DNA of 48,434 nucleotides from an uncultured Halobacteriales archaeon (GTDB lineage Archaea; Halobacteriota; Halobacteria; Halobacteriales; PXRE01): NCBI GenBank assembly GCA_964435625.1, contig CAYTAG010000002.1, positions 1 to 48,434 of the forward strand, read 5' to 3'. Shown piece by piece: positions 9,332 to 18,667 of this stretch (position 1 is its first letter; each line of letters starts with the position of its first letter). The notes under the pieces were generated by a model. It saw only the letters and a program-made list of their open reading frames with translations, ran no database searches and was not told where the DNA came from. The position numbers and the translations under genes were made by a program.

Positions 9332-9345
9332 GGTAACGCGTTACC
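9332..9345. promoter_or_regulatory. Perfect 14-bp palindrome GGTAACGCGTTACC about 37-50 nt upstream of the first island gene (candidate operator)
   Basis: Read directly from the sequence. It lies in the AT-rich stretch that begins the low-GC region and is followed by GAAAAAAGTATTACC and then ATG 9382. Confidence 0.3.
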
Positions 9346-9381
9346 GAAAAAAGTATTACCCACTCATTAGATAATCCGGCA

Positions 9382-11346
9382 ATGGCCGTTTTTACTACTT
9401 CGGATGGGGATTTTTGCTCGCTAGCCGAGCGGATAGCGGACCACCGCGATGAACCGATACGTACTGACCTCGATGCGATCGGGGACGGTTCACCCGTGGT
9501 TTACGTCCAGCGACCGGACGAGATCGACGGGACCGTTCTCAGAGCACTCCAGAAGCGACAACTCGAAACGGCGAACGAGAGCACCGCGTTCGGGGTCGTG
9601 ACCGGCTACACAGCAGAGCAAGCCCACGACCTGTATTTTTCCGACAGCGTCGAGGACGGCGACGAGGATCACCTGATCCTCTCTCGCCTGGGATGGGACG
9701 ACCGGTTCTCCGACGAACAGGCCACGGTTCTGGAACACGGAGAGATCACCGTCGACGCTCTGGAATCGTACGCGAATACCGACCTCTCGTCGCTTTCCGT
9801 CCTGACGAACGGGTGGGGGTCGATCCACCTCTTTGTCGACGGCGGGTACATCTGTGGGTATCCCGAAAGCGTCTCGCCGAACGACTACCCCGACGCCGTG
9901 CAACCGTACTGCGTTGACGAGCAAGGCGAACGCGACTGTCCGCTTCAGGGGGACCTCTTCACGGTCGAATCGCTGGACGCTGCCCACGTCTTCGTCGACT
10001 CGTGTGTGTCAATGATCGACAACGACGAAACGGGGCTCCCGGTGAGCGTCGGCATGGGCCTACTGAATGGGGCGGACACGCTCATCGGTGGCTACAAAAT
10101 GGGACCGACGGAGCACCAGAACGTCCTGCTCAACTATTCGCTCCTTCGGGCCGGCTACTCGGTTTCCGAACGGTGTTACTTGCTCAACCGGAGTAGCCAC
10201 CAGTCCAAGACGAAATTGTACCCATACGTGGCGTTCGGCCGTCCGGAAAATTCGGTCGAGGACCCCGTTGAGTCCGACAGCACGGCCGAAATATCGACCG
10301 AGAGTACGGGAGACGGCCTGTCCATCGACGTTCACGATGCCAGTGGATACGTCGTGGATTTGACGATCCCTGGTCACCTGATCGAAGGGGAGTTGCGCCG
10401 AGCGTGGGCCAACCCGGGCAGCGGTGCTCCACCGCTCTATCTCCTCTTCGGGGAGGGCGACCATTATCGGCTGTTGTTGTATGGGGAGGGCCCGATGAGC
10501 GACCGGAGTTTCACCCTCTCCGTCGGCCAGTCGCTTCCCTCCCAACCGACGGAGGAGATGCTGTTCGATAGTGTCACTGCCGCGATGGCCAACGACTGGA
10601 TGAACGTCAGCGACAAGAAAACGAAAGAACAGTACGACAACTTCACGAACCGCGTCGCGAATCTCGTCCAGCTAAAGCGGGACGCGAGGTTCGACCTGTT
10701 TTCCGGCAAAGAGTACCGAAACGACGTGGACGACATCGCCGGGGACATGGAGCGGATTCACGAGGCGCTCCATCCGATTCTTGCGGGGGCGAGGCCGCTC
10801 TCACACCTGTACGCCTCCAAGATGATCGAACGCGAAATTACCGTGTCCGACCGGAGGTGTTGGGAGTGTGATCGCCGACTGTTCGTCAAGGAGGCCACCA
10901 CGGTTTCGGGAACATTCTCCAGAGCGATCGGGAACTGCCCGAAGTGCGGGCAACGATTCGACGTTCCGATCGTCGACGGCGAACTGCGCCTCCCGTATCC
11001 CGTCGTCAGAGGTGAATCCAACGGGTTAGACGAGGATGCGACCATCACGATCGAGTTCCAGAATCCCACCGATTCCAGGATGTTGACGACAGTATTCCCG
11101 ACGGTCAAGCCACTGGACGCCGAAGAATTGATTTCCGAGCGATACATCCAGCCCGAATCGGTCACCGCCGAGCTGGACGGCAGGGAGACGATGACCGCCT
11201 CCTTCGAATTCTCCAGCGAGGTCGTCTACGATACTGACTACGTCGTGTACGGATACGCCATCGGGAACCTCTGGCCGTACCTGGGGATCGGCATGTTGCG
11301 AGCCGGCAAAAAGCGTGGGTTCAAGCCGTCGTCCGTCCTCCGCTAA
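9382..11346 (+). CDS. Large orphan cytoplasmic protein: possible caspase-like (clan CD) N-terminal region, beta-rich middle, internal CxxC..CxxC zinc ribbon
   Basis: 654 aa with no signal peptide or TM. ATVLEHGEITVD (His119-Gly) and LFVDGGYICGY (Cys158), or HVFVDSCVSM (Cys208), resemble the His/Cys strands of caspase-fold peptidases. A zinc ribbon reads CWECDRR...(x22)...CPKCGQRF. No family assignment is possible by eye. Confidence 0.7.
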   Translation: MAVFTTSDGDFCSLAERIADHRDEPIRTDLDAIGDGSPVVYVQRPDEIDGTVLRALQKRQLETANESTAFGVVTGYTAEQAHDLYFSDSVEDGDEDHLILSRLGWDDRFSDEQATVLEHGEITVDALESYANTDLSSLSVLTNGWGSIHLFVDGGYICGYPESVSPNDYPDAVQPYCVDEQGERDCPLQGDLFTVESLDAAHVFVDSCVSMIDNDETGLPVSVGMGLLNGADTLIGGYKMGPTEHQNVLLNYSLLRAGYSVSERCYLLNRSSHQSKTKLYPYVAFGRPENSVEDPVESDSTAEISTESTGDGLSIDVHDASGYVVDLTIPGHLIEGELRRAWANPGSGAPPLYLLFGEGDHYRLLLYGEGPMSDRSFTLSVGQSLPSQPTEEMLFDSVTAAMANDWMNVSDKKTKEQYDNFTNRVANLVQLKRDARFDLFSGKEYRNDVDDIAGDMERIHEALHPILAGARPLSHLYASKMIEREITVSDRRCWECDRRLFVKEATTVSGTFSRAIGNCPKCGQRFDVPIVDGELRLPYPVVRGESNGLDEDATITIEFQNPTDSRMLTTVFPTVKPLDAEELISERYIQPESVTAELDGRETMTASFEFSSEVVYDTDYVVYGYAIGNLWPYLGIGMLRAGKKRGFKPSSVLR

Positions 11347-11731
11347 GCCACACTGGTTGCGTAGCGGGAGAGAGCGGTTCCTGGAGTATCGCCCGTCGCT
11401 CGTGGCTCTCCTGTGCGGCTTCGGTCGGGCGCCCCAACAGCGGGGCGGGTACTGGCCGAAGTAGACACCGCGTCCCTGGAGGATGACCGGGCGTGCGACC
11501 GGACGGCCGTCGTCCCCCGACCCGCCGGGAACGCCAGTTTGTCATCCCGACGGCTGCCTCCCTGCACGGTCCGTATTTCGGAGATAGCTGCAGCAGAGAA
11601 CGTGGGATTTATAATCTGCGAATCGGAATGAAGTATAGCCGAAGGGAAGGTGTAAGAAGTGCCATCGAACCCTCGTTCATTTCTCCTAAAGAACGAGCAG
11701 CGGCTCGTCGAACCTCGGGTCTGGTAACGTT

Positions 11732-13159
11732 ATGGGATGGTTCGACCTCACCCCGGAAGAGATTACTGAGGGCCCGATTCCGCGCGCACTCATCGTCCTC
11801 ACAGCTCCGATGCTGGTGCAGAACATGGTCCACGTCGCCCAGCAGGTGATCGACCTCTACTGGGTTGGGCGCTATAGTAGCCAGGCCGTCGCGGCGATCG
11901 GGCTCGCCTCGCCCGTCGTATGGTTCCTCCTGTCGAGTACGATAACGGGAGCCTTTGTCGGCACACAGGTGCTCGTCTCCCAGCGAGTGGGGGCCGACGA
12001 CACGCGTGCTGCTCGGAGCGCCGCGTTCACGGGGCTGTTGTTGACGAGCACCCTCGGTATCGGCATCGGTCTCGTCTTGTATTTCAACATCGGCTGGTTG
12101 CTCAGCCTCGTCACGAGTTTGCGTCCAGAAACGGTCGACAGCGGCGTGCCGCGACTCGCTACCGAATATATCGAGGTAATCGCGCTTGGTATCGTCTTCG
12201 CCGGACTGAGCGACGTCATCGAGGCCGCGTTTCTCGGATGGGGCGATTCGCGGGCGGCCCTCTATATGAACGTCACCGGGGTACTCGTCAATATCGGACT
12301 CGATCCGATATTGATCTTTGGCGCCGGTCCGATCCCGGGATTTGGGATACAAGGCGCGGCACTAGCGACCGTCGTGGGATACGCCGCGGGCTTTCTGGTA
12401 GGTGCAGTACTCGTTGCTCGGGGACGCGCTGGCGGGATCTACTCGTGGGCCACCGCGAGAATTAACCCTGGCGACGTGCGTGAGTTCATCGACATCGGTC
12501 TTCCCAAGGCCGTGCAAGGTGGCGCCGCGACGAGTGGAAAACTGGTGATGGTAACCGTCGTTTTTGCGGCCGCGGGTGCGCCCGGATTAGCAGCATATAC
12601 TGTTGGCTCCCGGGTCGGTTCAATCGCGTTGCGGGTGGCAATGTCCTTGAATCACGCCGCCCAGAGCATCGTCGGCCAGAACCTCGGTGCAGGTTACCCG
12701 CAACGCGCGGCCGACACCACGTGGATCGGTGCCGGGGCGGCAGCCGGCACGCTCGGGGTCATTGGTATCGGTCAGTGGGTCGCCCCCGCCTCCATCACGC
12801 TTTTCATCGCCCCGGAACTCGACGGCCGGTCGTTCGTCCTCGCTATCGCGTGCCTCCGAATTTTTGCTATCGGGTATCCGGTGAACGGGGCACTGTCGTT
12901 GATCAAAGCTGGCCTGGACGGAGCACGCCGGACGAAGACGACGATGGTGGCTTCGCTGGCCAAAACGTGGTTTCTTCAGATACCGATGGCGATATTCGGC
13001 GGGGTCGTGCTCGGATTCGGCGCGTTCGGCGTCTTCTGGGCTCGGACGATTTCTATATTCGTCGTCGCTATCAGTCTCGGTGGCTATTATCTCTACATGA
13101 TTAACGACGGTCTGTACGAACGCGCAGCGCAAACAACTGATACGCCGTCGAGTGACTGA
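11732..13159 (+). CDS. MATE family efflux transporter
   Basis: 475 aa with about 12 hydrophobic helices. The N-terminus is typical of MATE (..ITEGPIPRALIVLTAPMLVQNMVHVAQQVIDLYWVGRYSSQAVAAIGLA..), and an internal duplication repeats the pattern (..DIGLPKAVQGGAATSGKLVMV..). Confidence 0.85.
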   Translation: MGWFDLTPEEITEGPIPRALIVLTAPMLVQNMVHVAQQVIDLYWVGRYSSQAVAAIGLASPVVWFLLSSTITGAFVGTQVLVSQRVGADDTRAARSAAFTGLLLTSTLGIGIGLVLYFNIGWLLSLVTSLRPETVDSGVPRLATEYIEVIALGIVFAGLSDVIEAAFLGWGDSRAALYMNVTGVLVNIGLDPILIFGAGPIPGFGIQGAALATVVGYAAGFLVGAVLVARGRAGGIYSWATARINPGDVREFIDIGLPKAVQGGAATSGKLVMVTVVFAAAGAPGLAAYTVGSRVGSIALRVAMSLNHAAQSIVGQNLGAGYPQRAADTTWIGAGAAAGTLGVIGIGQWVAPASITLFIAPELDGRSFVLAIACLRIFAIGYPVNGALSLIKAGLDGARRTKTTMVASLAKTWFLQIPMAIFGGVVLGFGAFGVFWARTISIFVVAISLGGYYLYMINDGLYERAAQTTDTPSSD

Positions 13160-14248
13160 ACCCAGCAGGTCATCCGCTCGGTCGGAAGACGAAACCGATC
13201 CATCCCCACAGCGATCGATGTCCATCACAAGCCTAGACGAGTTGGGTGACGCTGCCCTTACGGACTGCGACGTCGTCATCGAGTTTCTCGACGACGCCTG
13301 ACCGGCAACAGCCGCCGGGTGTGGTCGGTCGACGAACCAAAAAGAGAGGCCGACGTCGTGGGTCGATAGCGTCGTCCTTGGTCATCCGGGTCGACCGGTG
13401 ACAGCCTCGTCGCTTCCGAGGACGATCCGAGCGAGGAACGGGTCGCTGCATTTCCCCACTTGATCTGCGAACCGACCCGAACTCCGTCGATTTCACGTTT
13501 TGTCGCATCGTTTCCCACTGCATCGACGCGCTTCTGTTCACAAGTTCTACGGGCCCTTTCTGGTGGACGACTTCGTCCCAGTCGAACCAGGCGAGGGACG
13601 TACAGCGGTGTGGCTGCTCGCCGCCGGGAGACCCATCACGTGCGACGAATGGCGAGGTCTCGTTGCTGCACGCAACAACACCTGAGACGGACGTTTTCGC
13701 GTGGCGTTGCTAAAGTTGAAAAGCGACTCGAACTCGTGGAGAACGTCTGTCACTAGTCAACCGTAATCGGCAACATCGACCGTTGCCGGACGTTAATGCC
13801 CGTATACCGTTCGAAGCAGAATACATCCAGTATCACGACGTGCACCCTCAGGATCCCCTCGGTGGCCGCTTGAAGAATTCGATTTTACGATGACCTCGTA
13901 TGAATGTGGCGTTCGCCATTTGTGGATCACCTCCGTTGGACCGTGTTTCGGACCCTAGTTACGAAGTGGATGATAATTACTTTTACGGTCACAGGACGGT
14001 GCCGTTCCGACTTCCGGTGACCCTTGTTTTCGTACTAGTTTCTACCATGAAACAAACCAGGATTCTCCCTGAGGTAAACGTTCTGTTACTCGTTCCTGAT
14101 CACTCGCTTGGATTCTTCGTGGGGACGCCAATCCCGTTTCTTCCAGGAGGTCACAAACGTCATCCGGGCACCCGGCGTGCCCGTTCTCGTCACCTCTGGG
14201 GAATATCGAATATACTAATATCTTGGTCTCCGCGTATCGACGTAAAAT

Positions 14249-15052
14249 ATGAACATCGGTGTGATATCGGACGAGGTCGGTACTACCGACGAAATACTCG
14301 ACTTCGCGCGGCGAACGGACATCGACCACGTCGAAGTGCGAATGCTCGATGGAGACAACGTCGCGAACGTCTCGCTGGAGACCGTCGAAGCAGTAGCGAC
14401 CCGGTTCGACGAAGCCGGTCTCGACGTCCCTTGCGTCGCGAGTCCGATTCTGAAAACGTCGCTCTCCGGTGGTGACGACAACCCCTCCGAGTACGTGAAC
14501 TATGATGCCCAATTCAGCGTCTCGGAGCAGGCGGAACTCGCGAGGAATATTGGCGAGAAGGCCAGCGTTCTCGGCGCCGACTACGTTCGCATCTTCTCTG
14601 GATGGAACGAGGATTGCGACTGGGAAGAGGAGTTACCGCCCCTGCTGGAGTCGGTCGCATCCATCCTGTCCGAATACGGATTACGCCCGCTTCTCGAACT
14701 CGACCACATGTGCAACGTGACGACGTACGAGCAATACGAACGAGAGAGTGAACGTGTGTCAGGTAACGTGGGCGTCCTCCTCGACCCCGGCAACTACGTT
14801 CTCTCCGGCCGGGACGACGTACTTGCGGAGGTCGATCGGGCCGGCGAGAGCGTGACTCACGTCCACGTCAAAGACGCCGCCGCCGGGGAGTGCATGCCGC
14901 TCGGGGAGGGCGATATACCGTATAGGGAACTCTTCGAACGGTTGGACGAGTACGGTGTCGGGTCCGTTTCATTGGAGGCACTGAACGTGGACGTGGAGAT
15001 GGAATCCGAGGTCCGGACGCTGGTGGAGTTACTCCCGGATACTCCGCAGTAA
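14249..15052 (+). CDS. Sugar phosphate isomerase/epimerase (xylose isomerase-like TIM barrel family)
   Basis: 267 aa. Family-like blocks: HVEVRML.., GADYVRIFSG, LLELDHM, VGVLLDPGNY, VTHVHVKD, ...GEGDIPY..L. Codon usage is low-GC. Confidence 0.75.
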   Translation: MNIGVISDEVGTTDEILDFARRTDIDHVEVRMLDGDNVANVSLETVEAVATRFDEAGLDVPCVASPILKTSLSGGDDNPSEYVNYDAQFSVSEQAELARNIGEKASVLGADYVRIFSGWNEDCDWEEELPPLLESVASILSEYGLRPLLELDHMCNVTTYEQYERESERVSGNVGVLLDPGNYVLSGRDDVLAEVDRAGESVTHVHVKDAAAGECMPLGEGDIPYRELFERLDEYGVGSVSLEALNVDVEMESEVRTLVELLPDTPQ

Positions 15053-16054
15053 CCGGAGGACGTCGATACTCTTTCCGATTGACATTTCCTGGCGGTCCCC
15101 CGTCGTCCCTTTGCCGGCGATAACGCGGTCGAGGTGGCGACCGAGACTGTCGTCGTGAACGATCCACTCGCGATGCTCGTCCGCCATTTCGACCGTGACT
15201 CTCCCTTGGGGCCGTTCGATTCCGGGGACCGGTTCGAATTCGCCGGTGATCGTGACGTCGCCGTCGGCGATCTTCGCGATACGATGTCGCGTCTCCGAAG
15301 CCGGACTGATGAACGTACCGTCGGAAAGTAATCCGTTCGTGGACGTGTAGAGATGTGCATCGACCTCCCCAGAGGTTAGTGTCGCCTGTGCCAGCCCTTG
15401 CGTTGGTCTCTCGATAGCCGTAAGTTGAAACGACAACTCCACCGACGTCTTAACGTCCCAGTGCCTGGGTTCGATACCGGTGAGTTGTGTCAGTATCGCT
15501 ATGATATGCGGTCCTTCGTACCCCCAGATCCCCCACTCCAGATCGACGAAACGATCCGATAGATTGTCCATGTACCTGTTCTTACAGAACGATATGGAGA
15601 TTTCCGGATCCGAGACACCGTACATATCACGGACCTCGATCATTTTTTCTACAATCCTCGAGGATCGATAGTTTTCGTTCACGAACACGTCGTTCGAGTG
15701 AGCCTCCACCAGTTCTTCGATCCGTTCGATGGCGTCGGGAACACAGAGGGGTTTCTCGACGAGGATAGGCTTCGAGGGAAAAGTTCGGCTGACTTTCTCG
15801 AACACCTCGTGGTGGAGATCGGTCGGGACGGCGATGTCGACGAGATCGAAATCGTCGTCAGATATCGCGTCGATCCCTTCGTACACGGGGACGTCTTCCG
15901 GCATTTTGTCGGACTCCTTCTCGACCACCGCACCCACCTTGACCCTGTCGGGATAGCAGTCCCGGTGCATCCGCCCGGCTGCCCCGTACCCGATCAAGAG
16001 TACTCGTTGCTTGTTGCCCACGCTCAGTTGGGCCTGTGTCCGATTAGAAGCCAT
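15029..16054 (-). CDS. Gfo/Idh/MocA family NAD(P)-dependent oxidoreductase
   Basis: 341 aa. Rossmann N-terminus VLLIGYGAAGRMH, then ..VDIAVPTDLHHEV.. and ILVEKPL (the EKP motif). The 3' end overlaps the convergent TIM-barrel gene by 24 nt. Confidence 0.8.
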   Translation of the reverse strand: MASNRTQAQLSVGNKQRVLLIGYGAAGRMHRDCYPDRVKVGAVVEKESDKMPEDVPVYEGIDAISDDDFDLVDIAVPTDLHHEVFEKVSRTFPSKPILVEKPLCVPDAIERIEELVEAHSNDVFVNENYRSSRIVEKMIEVRDMYGVSDPEISISFCKNRYMDNLSDRFVDLEWGIWGYEGPHIIAILTQLTGIEPRHWDVKTSVELSFQLTAIERPTQGLAQATLTSGEVDAHLYTSTNGLLSDGTFISPASETRHRIAKIADGDVTITGEFEPVPGIERPQGRVTVEMADEHREWIVHDDSLGRHLDRVIAGKGTTGDRQEMSIGKSIDVLRLLRSIRE

Positions 16055-16360
16055 CGTATCTGCTATAGTGTCTAATCTCTATCCTACATTATAAAAATTC
16101 GGTCCTGGCTCGAATTGATATATAGACAAGAGCTGTCTTATCCACGCGCTCAGAGCACGTATTAGGGGAAATGATGACGCTGGGGTCCGAGTCGGCAGCG
16201 CAGTTGCCCACGGAAACTAGTCCGAAGGCACTCGACCGACTCACGGCGGCGCTGTCACCGACGACGGGTCTACGTGACTATCTCACGCCATTATCGCTTT
16301 CCGACGGTAGGTACGAACCGTTTCGCCAGTGCGAGTTCTGACCCGGGGGATTCCGGATGA

Positions 16361-16558
16361 CCCACCGTAGTTCATCGACGCGGAACTCGACTACAGTCGG
16401 CAGCGGCCTGCTTCTCGTCCACCCACCGGCCACTCCCCGAATTGAATCCGGTAGAGCTCTGCTGGGAACGTCTCGAAGCCGGTCGTGCATCTCCGCTTTC
16501 CCTCACTGAAAAGGGCGTGGCGCAGTACCTGAAAATTCCCAGAGGAACTCCGGACTGA
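16361..16558 (+). pseudogene. Relic of an IS630/Tc1-family transposase C-terminus
   Basis: An open frame without a start reads ..AAACFSSTHRPLPELNPVELCWERLEAGRAS..*. The P-x-LNPVE-x2-W-x2-L block is the conserved C-terminal DDE-region motif. Compare SPDPNPVEECWRQLKRAL in the IS at 33.9-35.0 kb. No intact N-terminal part was found. Confidence 0.45.
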
Positions 16559-16738
16559 AATGTGATAGGCGTCGGCGATGAGAGTTAGGATTCGCCCCCG
16601 GCGGACGGGGGTATGGCGTCGGATACCGATGGCGGCCTTGACGATCTGGCCATCGGCCGGCTGTCGTCTTCGTCTCTCCAAGAAATAACAAACTTTATAA
16701 CCATACCTTCTTCTTGTTATCAGTAGATCGGGGACAAA

Positions 16739-17965
16739 ATGGACGTAGACCACGATAGCACTTTGGTAACACCCGAACAACGAAGCTTCGAGGTGGTAGA
16801 AAGAAAAGGCCTTGGACATCCAGACACCCTAGCTGATGGCCTGGCAGAAATCATCTCTAGGGACTACGCTGCCTACTGCCTGGAGGAGTTCGGCGCCGTA
16901 CTCCATCACAACATTGACAAACTTTCCTTGATCGGGGGACTAACCGAAGTTGACTTCGGTGAAGGAAACGAGAGGGTTCCCCCCAAGGCAATTTTGAACG
17001 GTCGAATGAGTACCCGATTCGGAGACGAAGAGATCGACATAGAATCCCTGATGAGAGAGAGCGTTGACCGTTATCTCGACGATATACTGCCCTGCCTAGA
17101 CCGGGACGAGTCACTCGAGCTAATCATTCAGACGAACGACTATTCTCACAACCCACACTGGTACAGGCCCCGGGACCTTGACGACGTTCCGGACGCCGAA
17201 TTCCCCCAGGCCAACGATACATCTACCTGCGTAAGTTACTGGCCCCCTTCACCGGTCGAAGAAGCAGTACTCGGGATCGAATCCTTCTTCTACGACGAAA
17301 ACGTCGATCCCCGATTCGAATATATCGGCCAAGACATCAAAATAATGGCCATCCGTAACGAAGACGAGGTCGAATTTATTCTGGCAGTCCCGTTTATTTC
17401 GGAGGAAACGCCCGAGTTAGAGTTTTACGAGCAAAAAATAGAAGAATTCGAAGAGAGGTTAGAAGAATTGACTGAAGAGATAATGGATGGGAAATATAGA
17501 TCGAGTGTAACCATAAATAGTGAAGGCAGGTGGGAAGACGAATATTACATTCTAGCCACGGGTTCGTGCATAGAGGGAGGAGAAGAGGGAGTCGTTGGTC
17601 GAGGGAACCAGGCCCGTGGAACGATATCCGTCCAGCGACCTTCGTCAATGGAAGCTCCTCACGGGAAGAATCCCGTGTATCATGTGGGCAAAGTGTATCA
17701 GGTGATCAGCGATCATCTATCAAGGGCGATAGCGGAACGATTCGACTGTCGTTGTAACGTGACTATGACGAGCAAATTCGGTGATGACCTGTATGACCCA
17801 CAGAACGTGACGGTCGAGACGGATCGGGAGATAGATGAGACCGCCATAGAGAATCTGGTGGAGAGCACGTTGGAAGACGAAGACTGGACTGCGAAAATTG
17901 TCGAAGATGGGGTGCTCGTCCCCCGAAATAGAATAAAAGCGTTCAAGAAGAGGAAAAATATCTAA
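16739..17965 (+). CDS. Archaeal-type S-adenosylmethionine synthetase (methionine adenosyltransferase) family protein, divergent island paralogue
   Basis: 408 aa with blocks ERKGLGHPDTLADGLAE, HHNIDK, ANDTS, GQDIKIMA, TGSCIEGGEEGVVGRGNQARG, SMEAPHGKNPVYHVGKVY. These are characteristic of the archaeal MAT family. A TATA-like CTTTATAA lies about 40 nt upstream. Confidence 0.85.
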   Translation: MDVDHDSTLVTPEQRSFEVVERKGLGHPDTLADGLAEIISRDYAAYCLEEFGAVLHHNIDKLSLIGGLTEVDFGEGNERVPPKAILNGRMSTRFGDEEIDIESLMRESVDRYLDDILPCLDRDESLELIIQTNDYSHNPHWYRPRDLDDVPDAEFPQANDTSTCVSYWPPSPVEEAVLGIESFFYDENVDPRFEYIGQDIKIMAIRNEDEVEFILAVPFISEETPELEFYEQKIEEFEERLEELTEEIMDGKYRSSVTINSEGRWEDEYYILATGSCIEGGEEGVVGRGNQARGTISVQRPSSMEAPHGKNPVYHVGKVYQVISDHLSRAIAERFDCRCNVTMTSKFGDDLYDPQNVTVETDREIDETAIENLVESTLEDEDWTAKIVEDGVLVPRNRIKAFKKRKNI

Positions 17966-18132
17966 AACTCGATCGGATACCAGGGATCCGGACCAGGGCT
18001 CGAACTCCGGAATAATCGGTACAGGTCTCCTTCCTGCGTGTCTTCTATGGGCGAAATGGAAGCCGGTGACACCGACCAGACAGTGGGCTGTCGCTCCCAC
18101 ACTCGTACGTGCAATCGGGCCTGGAGGTACGG

Positions 18133-18666
18133 TCAGGCGTAAAGCTCCTGGACGCGTTCCCGTCCATCGATCGCTTCGATCCGTTCGATGACGGCCGACG
18201 GCAAGTGAGCCTTCCACTCCTCGTTTTCAGCCATGGCTTCACGAATCTGGGTCGCACTAATGTCCCGTTGTTTTGGTTTTGTGCGGACCCGACGGCCCTG
18301 GTCCCGGAGTCGGTCTACCTTCACCTCGTGCCAGTCTTCGAGTACGTACACGAAATGAACACACGACTTCGGCGCGTAGTAGTCCCAGAGTTCCGGCCTG
18401 TTGATCGGGAACGGGCAGATTTCGACCGGAACGTCAATCGTCGAGTCGTCGACCGCCTCCCGAACCATCCGTAATCGCTCGAAGTACCGGAACGGGTTGG
18501 CTTCCGGGCAGTGCCGTTCCGAGTCTGCCCGCTCTTTTTCAGTGTGTGACGGATCGCTGTTCGTGATCCCCACGATGAGACGGTCCGCTACGTCGGCCGC
18601 CCACTTCACGTATTCGAGGTGCCCGTCGTGGAACGGCTGAAATCGACCGTGGACGTGACCGATCAT
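18133..18666 (-). CDS. Cytidylyltransferase-like nucleotidyltransferase, archaeal NadM-type NMN adenylyltransferase-like
   Basis: 177 aa. GRFQPFHDGHLEY corresponds to the (H/T)xGH motif. The C-terminal ISATQIREAM....W..LPSAVIERIEAIDGRERV mirrors archaeal NMNAT (SGTEIR...W..LP..V...I..I.G.ERI). The ATG at 18666 is 1 nt from the stop of the upstream gene. Confidence 0.8.
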   Translation of the reverse strand: MIGHVHGRFQPFHDGHLEYVKWAADVADRLIVGITNSDPSHTEKERADSERHCPEANPFRYFERLRMVREAVDDSTIDVPVEICPFPINRPELWDYYAPKSCVHFVYVLEDWHEVKVDRLRDQGRRVRTKPKQRDISATQIREAMAENEEWKAHLPSAVIERIEAIDGRERVQELYA

Positions 18667-18667
18667 G

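Noticed and set aside
13233-13753. ORFs 13233..13541-, 13276..13518-, 13500..13685+ and 13547..13753- in the coding desert.
   Set aside because: They overlap one another, are basic or Ser/Arg-rich, and have no motifs. I treated the region as non-coding or decayed. A translated homology search is needed.
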